Part shown: positions 51,137-63,344 of the stretch, in pieces
How the letters are laid out: every line of letters begins with the position of its first letter
How positions within the stretch are numbered: the first letter of the stretch is position 1
Source: Raja brachyura
Lineage: Eukaryota
Reading direction: 5' to 3'
Length of the DNA: 64,000 nucleotides
Assembly (NCBI GenBank): GCA_963514005.1
Contig: OY740811.1
Location: forward strand, 33,108,001-33,172,000
Program-made: the position numbers and the translations under genes
The notes under the pieces: generated by a model
Seen by the model: the letters and a program-made list of their open reading frames with translations, nothing else
Told to the model about the DNA's origin: nothing
The model's database searches: none

Positions 51137-52080
51137 CTAGATTCCCCAAAGCAAGTGGGGAGGGAGAGAGAAAATAAATTAGTGAGGACCATAATAAACA
51201 CAAACAGAAAGCTTTGAAATCTTGAAAAATGGAAAATACTGCAAACATAGGTTTGGTAATGCCTTTGAAGTGGAAAGACAGATATACATTCTAAGTACAA
51301 TCCTTCATTGAAACTTCATTAAGTTTCAACTCTTTTTATGGCATTTACACAAACCATGCTTCCCACTCTCACTGATAAGGTCAGTTTCATAACAGAATAT
51401 CTTGTGCAGTGTCTTGTCTAATCGTGTGGTATTCAAATTATAGTCTGCAGGCAAACCTATAATCGACAAACCTAATGATTTGGATTTCAGTTACCTTCAT
51501 TTAAAAGGTCTGAATTACACAAGTTAAGAGCTGATCAAAGACTATTCTTACCACCGTGGCCTTTTTGCCGAACCATCTAAACCTTGCTCGCATTAATTTA
51601 TTGTCTTGTCTCTACATTATTTTTACTGGCTCCTCAAGTCCTACACCTCAGCAAGAAAGTCGGTTACTTTCCTCCATCAATCAGCTCTGTTCAAGTTGAG
51701 AACCCCTCCCTTTACTACTACTTACTTCACCTAACGAAACTCATTTGAGTATTTCCATTTTATCTCTAGAAAGCACCAGACTTTTCTATTTTAATTAACG
51801 GCTTCATTATAAATAATTTTAAACTCAAATTCACTCCATTTGATCAGGAACAGTGGTGGAACAGTAGCTGGCGAAAACTGTCAGATTATGTGTTTCTTTT
51901 GATTATGGCTTTGATTGCTGTTCTTACTCTGTTCATTCCTCACAACTTGCTAACCACCCATTCTTGTATCATCTGCAAATGTTTGTTGCAGTTCTCTTCA
52001 AACCTTGTAATCAAGTCAATTTGATTACAAATAGTTGCCTTCTCACGACTGACCCCTTTTAGGAGTTATGATGCAAGTTC

Positions 52081-52273
52081 GAAGATAGGCACAAAAAGCT
52101 GGAGTAACTCAGCGGGTCAGACAGCACCTCTGCAGAAAAGGAATAGAAAAGAAGACCCTTCTTCACACTGGGGCTCTCGACATCAGAGATGCTGTCTTTC
52201 CCACTGAGTTACTCCAGTTTTTTGTGTCTATCTTCGTATTAAACCAGCATCTGCAGTTCCATCCTGCACATAA
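52081..52273. mobile_element. Penelope-derived fold-back element with 11-bp TSD
   Basis: GATGCAAGTTC at 52070-52080 and 52274-52284. Confidence 0.8.
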
Positions 52274-52609
52274 GATGCAAGTTCTCTCAACACAAGTCAC
52301 CAATGCAGCACTCTGCAGTTTCAAGTGCTGATGAGTAGAATACAGGGATGACACCAGTGCTAACCGGTTATTATAATCTGTTTAATCAACACGTTAGCAT
52401 TTTAAACAGCTGAGCAGGAAATCAAACAGACAAGCAATAGTAATTGCCAGAAAATCCAATAATTTAAAATCATCACAGCTTTTCAGTTTAACATCACTTT
52501 TAGTGTTACTTTTAATTAACAGTAAAGTCTGCTAAGAAACAATGATGTTGGGCTCATTTTTTAAGTATATGGCCAAACAAATTGCTGAATGTACTAGTAC
52601 AAATGACAG

Positions 52610-52802
52610 GGTTACACAAAAAGCTGGAGAAACTCAGCGGGTGCAGCAGCATCTAAGGAGTGAAGGAGATAGGCGACGTTTCGGGTCTCGACCCGAAACG
52701 TCGCCTATCTCCTTCACTCCTTAGATGCTGCTGCACCCGCTGAGTTTCTCCAGCTTTTTGTGTAACCCTCGATTCTCCAGCATCTGCAGTTCCTTCTTTA
52801 AC
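52610..52802. mobile_element. young Penelope-derived fold-back element: perfect 80-bp-arm palindrome, 14-bp TSD
   Basis: palindrome 52608-52769 with a 2-nt loop; AGTACAAATGACAG at 52596-52609 and 52803-52816. Confidence 0.9.
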
Positions 52803-53099
52803 AGTACAAATGACAGCTTGGGGGCTTACACGCAGGCATTTGTGTGCTAATTTATGGAGACTATTCAACAGCATTCAAAGGGCCTGCAAGCAGCTTATAC
52901 AATTCATCAAGTAAGAGGATCTTGATTAGCTTTTGTTTCAAAGACACTGCTATGCCATCTTGCTTCTGAGTATGAATACTATGGAAAAAACACAAGGACG
53001 CCCATTCTGCTGCACAATTCGGCAAACCAATGGTATTTTTTAAAATGGTGACAGATTGGGAAATGTTGATGCTCAATAAGACCTGGGTGACCTTACACA

Positions 53100-53620
53100 C
53101 AAGTCAGAAGTTAGTGCAAGTACTGTCAGCAGTTAGATGGCTTATTGTAAAATCATTTTGGCACAGGAGAAAGAGGTCTTACTGCAATTTAATTGGGCCT
53201 AGGTGAGACTGAACATTGAATATTGCGCACAGTTTTAGTCTCCTTAATTAAAAAGTAGTATGTATTTGTCATAGGAGGAGTGTCGTACAGATGTATTTGA
53301 TAAGATCCAGGGATGGGAATTCTGCAGTAGGAGAAAATAAGTACAATAATTCTGTATTTTCTCCAATTTAGAAAACAGGATGGATGCAGGGAGGATCTTC
53401 CCTTGGCTGAAAAGATTATATTTAAGGATCATAGTTGCAGAATAATGGGAAGGTTTTTTAGGACTTCATTGAGGACATATCTTTACTCAGCAGGTGCTGC
53501 ATCTTTGGAAGGGCAGTGGAAGCTCGTTCAAAACTGTGATTGATATATTTCTGGTTATTCGGAGAATGAAAGGATCAAAAGATATTACAGGAAATGTAGC
53601 TAAGGTAGAGATTAGCAGTG
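53100..53620 (+). mobile_element. highly degenerate CR1 RT C-terminal fragment
   Basis: eroded similarity to 30309-30911 (GGTGAGAC...TGAATATTG..CACAGTTTT.GTCTCCTT; TTTACTCAG..GGTG.TG.ATCTTTGGAA). Confidence 0.5.
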
Positions 53621-54064
53621 ACCACCATCAGTGTGCGTACTGGAACAGATTAGCTACGGCTAACATGTCTGGTTAGCACATTATTATCACTGCATCTGGG
53701 ATGTTGTCTCATCCTACAGCCTTTGCAATATTCAGCCATGTCCTGATATCACACGGAGAAAATCAAATTGGCAGAATTCTCGTTTCTGTGATTCTTTTTT
53801 GGGGGGGTGGGGGGAAATCAGAAGAGGCAGACAAGATGAATCACCCACTCAACACTTCAAACTGAAGGTGGATACCAATGTTTCAGTCTCGTCTTTGCCA
53901 CTCTCATGTTGGACTTTCCACCATCGATAGGAATGTGCTTGGAGCTACCTCCTCCAGCTTTGATGAAATGGCCATGACACGAGTCAACCACATATGCTGT
54001 TTTTGTGACAACACGAAAACCCGGAGTGGCATCTGATTCGATAACTTTTCTGTAAATAACTTAC

Positions 54065-54245
54065 CGCTTGTCCCTCTACAGCTGCTCTCTGTCTCCCCAG
54101 TACATCCTGCAGCTGCGTGAAGTGCTGTATAAATGCCACCACCTCGGCCTGGAAGCGCTGAGTGTGCACATACTGTACCGATGCCATCTGAAAACTCACT
54201 CTCACGTCACAGTCCCGTTGCAGCTTTGGGTCTGCTCTGCCATAT
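54065..54245 (-). CDS. VPS13D: VPS13D exon (~ex24) YGRADPKLQR...RQRAAVEGQA
   Basis: within ORF 53984..54259; actAG|A, GCG|GTAAGT; 181 nt. Confidence 0.94.
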
Positions 54246-54804
54246 CTAGTTTTAAGCAAATATTAACTTTATTGATCAACAACTTACTTACCTAACTTAT
54301 TTTCATTTAAACACCATATTTTCTGCTGAATGCAGCTGATGACATTCCTCAACTTCATAAACTGACGGATCCGTCAGTTTCAAAGGCGAAAATAAAGTAA
54401 ATGGTGGAAAGGCTTATGAGATTTCATTAACTTACACACAAGGCAGCTGAAAACACATTCACCAATTGAGGAGTAACGCATGGGGGATGCACTGGAGATC
54501 AATGTCAAGCGAAATTTAGCATATAAAAGGGGTACTAATCATGGCGAAGGATGCAAGAGAAGATAGGATAAAGCCAAGCGGAATGTAAATGTTAAGTCTC
54601 AATGTTTAAATAGCATCAATTGGACTGATGTTTCATTGAAACTATACTGGTACACCAACAAGGTGTGGTGCATGGTTGCAATTTCCATCCTGGTGAAGTT
54701 TCTAGAAGAATCTGGATATATATTCAGAAGTAAACAATAGAAATGCTGCTAATTGCTACAATACTTGCTTACATGCAGCCACCAGTGCAATAGTAGCTCA
54801 GGGG

Positions 54805-55050
54805 AGCATCTGGTAGAGCTGCTGCCTCATAGCACCGGAGACCCAGGCTGGATTCTGACCTTGGATGCTGTCAGTATGGAATTTGCACATTCTCCCAGTC
54901 ACTGTGTGTGTTTTCTCTGGGTTTCTGTAAAACTGCCCCAAATGTATAGGGAGTGGATGAGAAAGTAGGATAACATAGAACTAGAGTACACGGGAGATCG
55001 AAGGTCGATATGGGCTCAGTGGGCCGAAGGGCCTGTTTCAATGCTGTACT
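54805..55050 (+). mobile_element. degenerate HE1-type V-SINE
   Basis: GGTAGAGCTGCTGCCTCATAGCACCGGAGACCC head, V-domain, GGGCCGAAGGGCCTGTTTC tail. Confidence 0.7.
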
Positions 55051-55705
55051 AATATGAATTGAGGGGATGTGGTGGGGTAGCAGGAGACTGTGGTGCTGCT
55101 CTTTACGCTCTTCATTGATATAGAGGTATGGAAAACAGAAAGGTATAGAAAACAGAAAGAGTATATTTTTCTAAGAACTAATGGAACATGAGACTCCATC
55201 CAAGCTGTACTGAAATATTTTACTTCAGGCAAAACAATCTTTTAAGATCAGTAGCAGCTTCTTTAATTTACAATGTCAATCAGGATTTAATAGCAGCTGT
55301 AGTTTACTCCCTCAAGCACCCAACACCTGCAATCTTCCTTTTAATCTTTTTACCTGCACCACTCTGGTGCAAATTATTCTGAAATATATTTTCAGAATAT
55401 TTTCGTGAGCAGTAATCTCCTTTTTAAACATTCTGTGCCTGGAATTCAACAGGTAGAAACAGGAAAAACCTTCCAGCTTCCTGTGACACCATGAATGCAG
55501 CACAATAAGAATCCAATGACCAATGTTCGCATTCTTTCCCATTGTGGATTTAAACCGCAACGTTGATTGCGTCCAATTAAACTCCTTTTGAGATTGTTAA
55601 CCACCCCACTTGTTTTGTAAAGTTCTTTGAAACGACATTTGAAACTTTGCATGATTTTTGAGAAACGTAATCGTTTAATAAAAGGAAATGCACGCAAATG
55701 AATAC

Positions 55706-55832
55706 TTGTAAATGTTGAACACCAATGCCTCCTTGCCACTGGTGGTGAAGCGTTCCCTGTACAACTCTCCATGAGACGTCAAATCACTTAAGGAGAGGCT
55801 GCCAAGACTGCCATGCAGAGCAAAGTCCCCAT
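55706..55832 (-). CDS. VPS13D: VPS13D exon (~ex23) DGDFALHGSLGSLSLSDL...ALVFNIYK
   Basis: within ORF 55675..55875; ttatAG|AT, AA|GTATTC; 127 nt. Confidence 0.94.
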
Positions 55833-57374
55833 CTATAAAGTATAAAAGGAAGGTGACAGTGAGCAAAGCAGGCACAGGGACCTGCTGGTTGACAGATGGA
55901 ACAGTTCAATGACTCGACAAAAGTTGAACAACTGCACAACTTTACGAACAAAATGGGAGCATGATGACAATCCATTTTTTTAATCTTTTAGTGTTAAAAT
56001 CAATGTTAGAGGGGATCTTAAACACCATCCTTGCCCAATATAAACTGATAGGTTCAGCCCAGGTATTATAGATTTTCTGAACATTCTGGAACAGTATGTA
56101 TCACGGTTGACTCCGTTGTCATTACAGGAAATAATTATTAATAATATCTCACTTATTTTGTTATTGATGCTCTATTACCTCATAAGGGAGTCCTCAAGGA
56201 AGAGAGAATGCATTGTCAACACTTAATACTATTACAGTAAAATAGAAAATGGGAATCTAATGGAAAAGAGAGATTGGATGGGTACCCTACCACTCTGTGG
56301 GTGCGGTACAGTATTAGGATTGAGGACTGATTTTATTATGTAGTGCCTAGGTCAATGCAAGATGCAATGCAAGAAAATAAGAACAACCTTCAGAACAATA
56401 GACAATAGGTGCAGGAGTGGGCCATTTGGCCCTTCGAGCCAGCACCGCCATTCAATGTGACAGTGGCTGATCATCCCAAATCAGTACCCCAAACAAAAGG
56501 AGCAGGTCAGTCGGCTCCACAACCCGGTCGATATGAAAACTTGTAAGTAATATGTTAGACACAGAACCTGTCTACTGGAGCAAACCCACTAGGACTCCAT
56601 TGTAGTTGTTCACATAATGGTTGGCTCGGCTCAGCTTTGATAGAAGTTGTAGATTTTTCAACGCAGTTTGAACAGCTTGGTTGGCACCCTAATAGGTCAA
56701 TATTTTGCTGCCTATCAGCTGGGGACAGAGCTTTAACAGTTCGACACATACTCAAAGTATTTGGGTTTGCATTGTGAACATTGGTGAGACTGTGATTCTT
56801 GGCAAAGGTCATTCTGTTAGCAAAGTAATCACAGATTCCTATACTTGGGGAGGATTAGGATCGGCTATGGTTGTATTAAAATCAACTTTAAAGTTTGTAC
56901 CCGAGCTAACTACTGATCAAAAATCTGGAGAGATTAGCTGATGCATCATTTTGAGAAATGCAATAATGTTCAACAGTACACACATTGCAAAGATTAATTT
57001 GTAAATCTCAATGTTGGAAAAGTGGATACATTTGTCCAGGTTTTTTCATTGAACTATCCTTTTAAGACAAGCTCCTGGATTTTAGGTGTTTATGCACAAT
57101 CTGAAGAAAATTAATTGCTGATGTCATCTTAAAATACACGAATAAAGCCGGCATGCTGCCATGATTAACAATTTTATCTGTTTTCATAACCTGAATGTCA
57201 GAGCAACTAATTACAGCCAAACCATTTGTGAGGATTGTCAGCATGAATAAAGTGCCAGGTCTTTTTTATTATTTTAGTGCAATACTCTTGATCGAAGTTC
57301 TAACAGAGGTTGGATGACACCTACTGGTGGAACTTTACTTTTCAAAATGCGGAGACACAGCACAAAAGTTATAT

Positions 57375-57558
57375 GGAACAGCAGATGCTGGTTTAAACCG
57401 AATATAGACACAAAATGCTGTAGTAGCTCTGCGGGACAGGCAGCATCTCTGGAGGAAAGAAGCGGGTGATGTTTCGGGTCAAGACCCTTCTTCAGAGGGT
57501 CATCCTTCATCTGAAGAAGGGTCTCGACCCAAAACGTCACCCATTCCTTCTCTCCAGA
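57375..57558. mobile_element. Penelope-derived fold-back element with two opposed hammerhead motifs
   Basis: minus 57468-57495 CTGAAGAAGGGTCTTGACCCGAAACATC; plus 57511-57538 CTGAAGAAGGGTCTCGACCCAAAACGTC. Confidence 0.8.
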
Positions 57559-58899
57559 AAGGTTATATGGTGTCCCTTAAAGGCACATATAAAACAATTG
57601 GATATGCTGATACAAAAGGATATTTGTTATTAGAATGGAGAAAATATAAAAAATGGTTAACAAATGTTGTAATGGATGTGGGTCAGGATGATCACATTGC
57701 AGGCATATTTATCCTTCAGGCAGTGGTTGAAGACAGGTGTTACTTGAACTATCTGGAATTGGTGCGGAGAGATACTGCAATTTGTCTTGTTTGAGTGGAG
57801 TCCAAACACCACTCATTGTGATCAGGACATGAAACAAGGATGTCTCTGCCACCAGGAGAGGAGTAATGGCGAGTGCTAGACAACATGGTGTAACGGTATG
57901 AATGTAACTTTCTTTTTAAAAGAGTTCAGTAAAACTACAACAGTGTAGAAATCATGACATATGCATCTCATGTACTAATATCATAAACTCTGTATCTAAT
58001 TATAAATCCCCAAATCTGTTATTATTTCCTTTGTTGTGCTATATACCTGTCATTCATTACACGTAACGATTTATGATTGATCACCCTTGTATCATCTTGT
58101 TATTCCATACATTTCAGCCTCTTTCCATCACGCTTATAATATTCTTTATTTTATTTGCTAAATTGCATTACTATATGCAATACATTACCTATCACTTAAA
58201 ACTCTTTATAACCTTGAGAAATCTTTCATAATTATTTCTGATTGGTTACCCCAATTTTGGGCAATTTCAATACCTCTCGCTCTATTTTGGTTTAAATTAT
58301 CAATCGACCCGCATCCATTGGTTTCTGCCAGAAAGCCACATTTTTACTGCTATTTTTTTCCTAAGTCTTTAACAGTGGAAGAAGCAACCATTTGGTCCAT
58401 CAAGCCAGTACTGTTGTTAATTTAATTTAATCCAATGTTTATGCATCTGAAAGTCAATAAAATACAAGTGCTGCCAAATTGCCTTATAAAAGTTTTCCTG
58501 GAACACAAACTACAATAGTCTTTCAGATAATGTGTTCCAGATCTCAACTAGTTTTTGTGTGGAAATAGATTCTTCCCCCTTTTTTGCAAATGATTTTGAA
58601 ACCATGACGTCTAGTCTCTGAACCATTTGTTAAGAGTTTAATTTTCAGCTCTGCTGAAATCTTTCTCCTAACAATATTTTTGGAATGCCTTCTTTTAATC
58701 TATGTATTTTCAGACTGTTACATTGGCTTTATAAATACTGGAATTGTATTAATTTTTTTTTTTTTTTTAAAGACAATTTATTTAATAGTGCCTTACATAT
58801 CTCCAAATGCTCAAAAGCCTGTCTACAACTGACATTGGACTATCTAGTTCATCCTTTTTTCCCCTTCTTGAATATTGATTTGGAAAAGACATTAAGCAC

Positions 58900-59070
58900 A
58901 ACACAGAGCTGGAGTAACTAAGAGGGTCAGGCAGCATTGTGGAGGGATTGGATAGGTGACGTTGCGTGTCGGGACCCTGCTTCAGTTTGGAGATGTCAAT
59001 CGGAAACGTCGCCTATCCATTCCCTCCACAGGTGGTGTCCCCTGCTGAGTTACTTCAGCACTTTGTGTTT
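58900..59070. mobile_element. older Penelope-derived fold-back element
   Basis: diverged inverted arms of the same family. Confidence 0.65.
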
Positions 59071-59362
59071 TGTTTGGGGAAATACATTACTTTGTCATTG
59101 TTGCTGCTGCAATTCATAGTGGATATTTTATTCATTTTGTTAATTACAGGACAAATGAATATGCAGAGACATGAGTAGCAATTCTCTGGCTCAAAGATTG
59201 AGAACAGATCAGGACATAACATTTGTCAGGCATTAAATTTTGTCCATGTGGCATTTTATCAAAACTGCAATGACTATGCATTAAATCTTCGATCATAGTA
59301 CCTAATACATGTTTGACCCAGTATTCAAAAAAAATATAACAAGCGTAGTAATCAGAACTTGC

Positions 59363-59453
59363 CTATCAATGCAAGATGTGCTGCCAGTTTGGACACATTA
59401 GCTTTGGCGAGCTCATTTGTCTTTTTGTTCAATACCAGAGACAGTGAGTGAAC
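59363..59453 (-). CDS. VPS13D: VPS13D exon (~ex22) VHSLSLVLNKKTNELAKANVSKLAAHLALI; GC donor
   Basis: ttttAG|GTT acceptor; donor AG|GCAAGT; 91 nt, phase 1 matches next exon. Confidence 0.92.
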
Positions 59454-59485
59454 CTAAAAAGAAGAAAACAGTTACCACTCATATC

Positions 59486-59672
59486 GTGCAGGAAGGAACT
59501 GCAGATGCTAGTTTAAATCAAAGGTAGACACAAAATGCTGGTGTAACTCAGCGACACGGGCAGCATCTCTGGACAGAATGAATGGGTGACGTTTTGGGTC
59601 AAGACCTTTCTTCAGTCTGAAGAACTGACCCGAAACATCAACCATTCCTTTTCTCCAGAGATGCTGCTTGTT
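59486..59672. mobile_element. Penelope-derived fold-back element ~30 nt upstream of an exon acceptor
   Basis: family consensus; arms meet at TTCTTCAG-T-CTGAAGAA. Confidence 0.75.
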
Positions 59673-60014
59673 CCAACAAACTCAGATCGATGGACAACTA
59701 CAGGCTGTCCATATTTTTAAAACTTTATGAATTCTAAATACATATTTTAACAATTTGTTGAGATAAGCAGAGGGTGATTAATTGGTACAGGAATTATCAA
59801 TTAAGGTAACTGTATTAGCAAGAGTTTTTTTCAAGCCTGCAAACCTACCAAAATCATGCAAGCTCGAGAAGTTAATTTAAAAAAATGCACAATTAAGACT
59901 AAAGTTCTTATGATCTAAATTAATAAGACATGAGGAACATCAGGCTGGACACTAGTGATACAATTAATCAATCAGTAAAAGATACAGTAAAAGATCTAAA
60001 CAAATTTCATAGAT

Positions 60015-60327
60015 GCGGCATGGTGGCGCAGCGGTAGAGTTGCTGCCTTACAGCGCTTGCAGCACCAGAGACCCGGGTTCGATCCCGACTACGGGTGCTG
60101 TCTGTACGGAGTTTGTACGTTCTTCCTGTGACCGTGTGGGTTTTCTCCGAGATCTTCGGTTTCCTCCCACACTCCAAAGACGTGCAGGTATGTAAGTTAA
60201 TTGGCTTGTTAAATGTAATGATTGCCCCTAGTGTGTAGGATAGTATTCATGTGTGGGGATTGCTGGTCGGCACGGACCCGGTGGACCGAAGGGCATGTTT
60301 CTGCGCTGCATCTCTAAGCTAAACTAA
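60015..60327 (+). mobile_element. full-length HE1-type tRNA-derived V-SINE
   Basis: Pol III A box TGGCGCAGCGG (60024-60034), B box GGTTCGATCCC (60076-60086), V-domain GGTTTCCTCCCACACTCCAAAGAC, CR1-like tail. Confidence 0.9.
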
Positions 60328-60636
60328 TAAATTGTAGAATTGTTAATTCTCAAGGCTTAATGGGCACACTACCTTATAAGTGAACAGGGCAAACATTACA
60401 TTGTCAATTCACTGAGAACAAGCACGAATAAATAAAATTCCAGGCATTCTTAGTTCTTCCATACTATGCTGTATCTCTAACCCTTGATAATATTTAAAAC
60501 ATTTTCACAAGTTTATGCAAACCACAGGGATGATTAGTTTTAACATGGCAAGATCTACCACTACACTCATGAAAATAGTCAGGGAATTGGTCTGTTGTAA
60601 CAACTTGTCCCAAATACAGATGGATCTCATATCATC

Positions 60637-60872
60637 GAAGATAGACGCAAAAAGCTGGAGTAACTCAACAGGACAGGCAGCATCTCTGGAGAGATGGAAT
60701 GGGTGATGCTTCACGTTGAGACCCTTCTTCAGAAGAAGGATCTGAAGAAGGGTCTGGACGCAAAATGTCACCCATTCCTTCTCTCCAGAGATGCTGCCTG
60801 TCCCGCTGAGTTACTCCAGCATTTTGCGTCTATCTTCGATTTAAACCAGCGTCTGCAGTTCCTTCCTGCACA
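60637..60872. mobile_element. Penelope-derived fold-back element with perfect 14-bp TSD
   Basis: GATCTCATATCATC at 60623-60636 and 60873-60886; ~95-bp inverted arms. Confidence 0.88.
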
Positions 60873-60896
60873 GATCTCATATCATCAGCTGGGTAA

Positions 60897-61113
60897 AGGG
60901 CCTGTCCCACTTTCACGATCTAATTCACGACCTTTTTTACTAGTGGACATTTTTCATCATGCTAGAACAAAAGCCCTGACATACTTGATGTCACGAGTAC
61001 CTACGACAAGCATCATGGCCTGCTACGACCTCGTGACGGCCACGCTGCGAGTATGAGACAAGGGCAAACTCGGCAGAGGTTGTGAATTAGGTCGTGAAAG
61101 TGGGACAGGCCCT
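60897..61113. mobile_element. PIF/Harbinger-type MITE with TAA TSD
   Basis: TAA-AGGGCCTGTCCCACTTTCACGA ... TCGTGAAAGTGGGACAGGCCCT-TAA. Confidence 0.88.
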
Positions 61114-61306
61114 TAAATATATTTTTGACATTCTAAGTGGGTTGCTCCTGCCATCAAACTATTCTAGTACTCAAATGAAGTCTTTGTTAAATGGGAAACA
61201 CGAGAGAAATGTATTCAAATCAGTCCTAATCATATTAATCAGTCGTAGTTATTGACATTGCAGTTAATTGGCATCATAGCAAGAAAAGACAACAAAAATC
61301 AAATAC

Positions 61307-62344
61307 CTTCAGATCTAACTTTGTGTTGACTGGCTCCTGGCCTGAATTATATGGAGCACCAGCTTCATCAGGTTGCATCTGAGGTTGAGGCTCCTCCACT
61401 GGAGGTTTCAAGCCATGGTTGTTGGCTGTTGATCCAATCCCAAAAAAATCCAAGATCATTACCCAGGTCTGAAGTGTAATCAGCACATCCAAGCAGTTAA
61501 AATCTACATCCACATTCCTGTTGACTTTACTGTAACGTGTAGAAAATTCAGGGTGCTTCCTATCTACCAGAAAAATATTAATATGTACTAATGAATCGTC
61601 AAAGTTTGTTCTGGTGCAGTACACCTTGGAAGTCTTCAGTATTGGGGATGGTGGAGGGGTCAGAATACATTCTGCATTTTGATCTTCCTTATGTTTTCTG
61701 CGTGTAGAGGACGGCCTTTGGTAAAACTGGAAGACATTTTGTGCTTCTTCCATGTGAGCTGGCAGGGATCTTGGCATCTCAGGATACTCCACATTGGAGC
61801 TAGAAGGGCAAGACTGGGACAAATATTCCTTTTGATTGAAACTGGAAGCTTTTGGTGCTCCCCTCGACACCATTAAATGCTTGTGCTTAGAGTCTGTTTT
61901 TTTCTCCAGTAAATCTTCCATTAGCAGTGACCGTAGAGCTACCTGAATAGACAGAGTACAAGGCTGGTCTTTACTAAACTCAACTTCAAAGTCTTTAAAC
62001 TTTAAACTAACCAAACCTTGTGCTTCCAAAGCAAGATCGCCGCACAATTGAACCTGTAACTCAGAGATGCAGAAATTAGCCTGTATTTGAGTGAATGATT
62101 TTGACTCTGGAATTGGAAAGGAATCGACTGGAGTAGATGGATAGCTCATTCGGCCGAAAAGTCCACTCTCTTTCCATTGTCGTTGAAGATCGGCAATTTT
62201 CTGACCTCTCAATGGTGAAGGGACATGATGAGGGTCAGGCACGCCATCAGTTGAACCATGTGAGATATTGCCAAGATCGTCACTATATGTTAGGTTATCC
62301 AGCGTCTGCAAGACTTGCTCATAAACATGCTTTGCTAACATTAC
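61307..62344 (-). CDS. VPS13D: VPS13D large exon (~ex21) VMLAKHVYEQVLQTLDNL...VNTKLDLK
   Basis: ORF 61274..62341; ctgtAG|GTA acceptor, AAG|GTATTT donor; 1038 nt, phase 0/0. Confidence 0.96.
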
Positions 62345-63244
62345 CTACAGGATAAGAAAACAAGTTATTCCAACCATCCTGGTACAACAAGCATAGAGTG
62401 TAGCAAAACACTCCCAACCAATTATGAGAATTACGACAAACAGGAACTTACGACAAACAGCTGTCTATTAACCCCATCTTTTTCACTCTAAGAGATACCA
62501 CCTAACTTGCTCAATGTTTCCAATACTTTCTACTTTATTTATGAGGTTTTATAGATCCACACCTTAGAAGTGCAGTTTGATAGCCATAGAGAGAAAAACA
62601 AATAGGGTCATGGGCTTTACAAATTGATGCAGGATGTAAAAGATCAAGAAGTCATGATGAACATTATGGAACGTTGGTTCAGCCATAATTGGTGCATTGT
62701 GCTGAGTTCGAAGTTCAAAAGAAGACGCAGAAAAGATTTAGCAATGTGATTCCAGGGATGTTGGACTTAAGTGTAAATGTTAGACAAGAGACAAGACAAG
62801 AGACATTTATTGTCACATGCACCAATTGGCACAGTGAAATTTGTTAGAATTGATAGCAGAACAGGTTGTCTGGGATCACAGAAAAACAAAATATTAACAG
62901 TATTAATATTGAGACATGGTTATCATTGACAGAGGGGTCAATAACTAGTGGTGCAGAATAAAAATGACTGGCAAAAGAACCAAAATAAATGTGAGATAAA
63001 CATTTTTATGCAGCAATGACTAAATTCTGGGTAGTTGTTGAGTTGTTGAGATTCAATAGTAGCATCCAAAAGGTATCCAATAGATTTTGCATGGATATGG
63101 GCAGAGGGAAGCAGAGTGGAATAACAGAATTGCTCTTAGAAAGGGCTGGTACTTTTTTTATTGGGTTGAATGTCCTCCTTATGTACTGTAACTATCCTGT
63201 GATTTATATTTTCGGTCAATCCTTGACAACAGTAAGATTAACCA

Positions 63245-63344
63245 TCAGTCTGAAAACGGATCTCGACCCAAAACGTCGCCTATTTCTTCTGTCTAGAGAT
63301 GCTGCCTCACCCACTGAGTTACTCCAGCATTTTGTGTCTACCTT
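63245..63344. mobile_element. Penelope-derived short element with 15-bp TSD
   Basis: CAGTAAGATTAACCA 63230-63244 versus CAGTAAGATCAACCA 63345-63359. Confidence 0.8.

Noticed and set aside
52542-52874. Two ORFs on opposite strands with identical C-termini
   Set aside because: A trivial consequence of the perfect DNA palindrome.
60015-60095. tRNA gene
   Set aside because: A and B boxes belong to a SINE head that continues into a V-domain and LINE-like tail; no complete cloverleaf.
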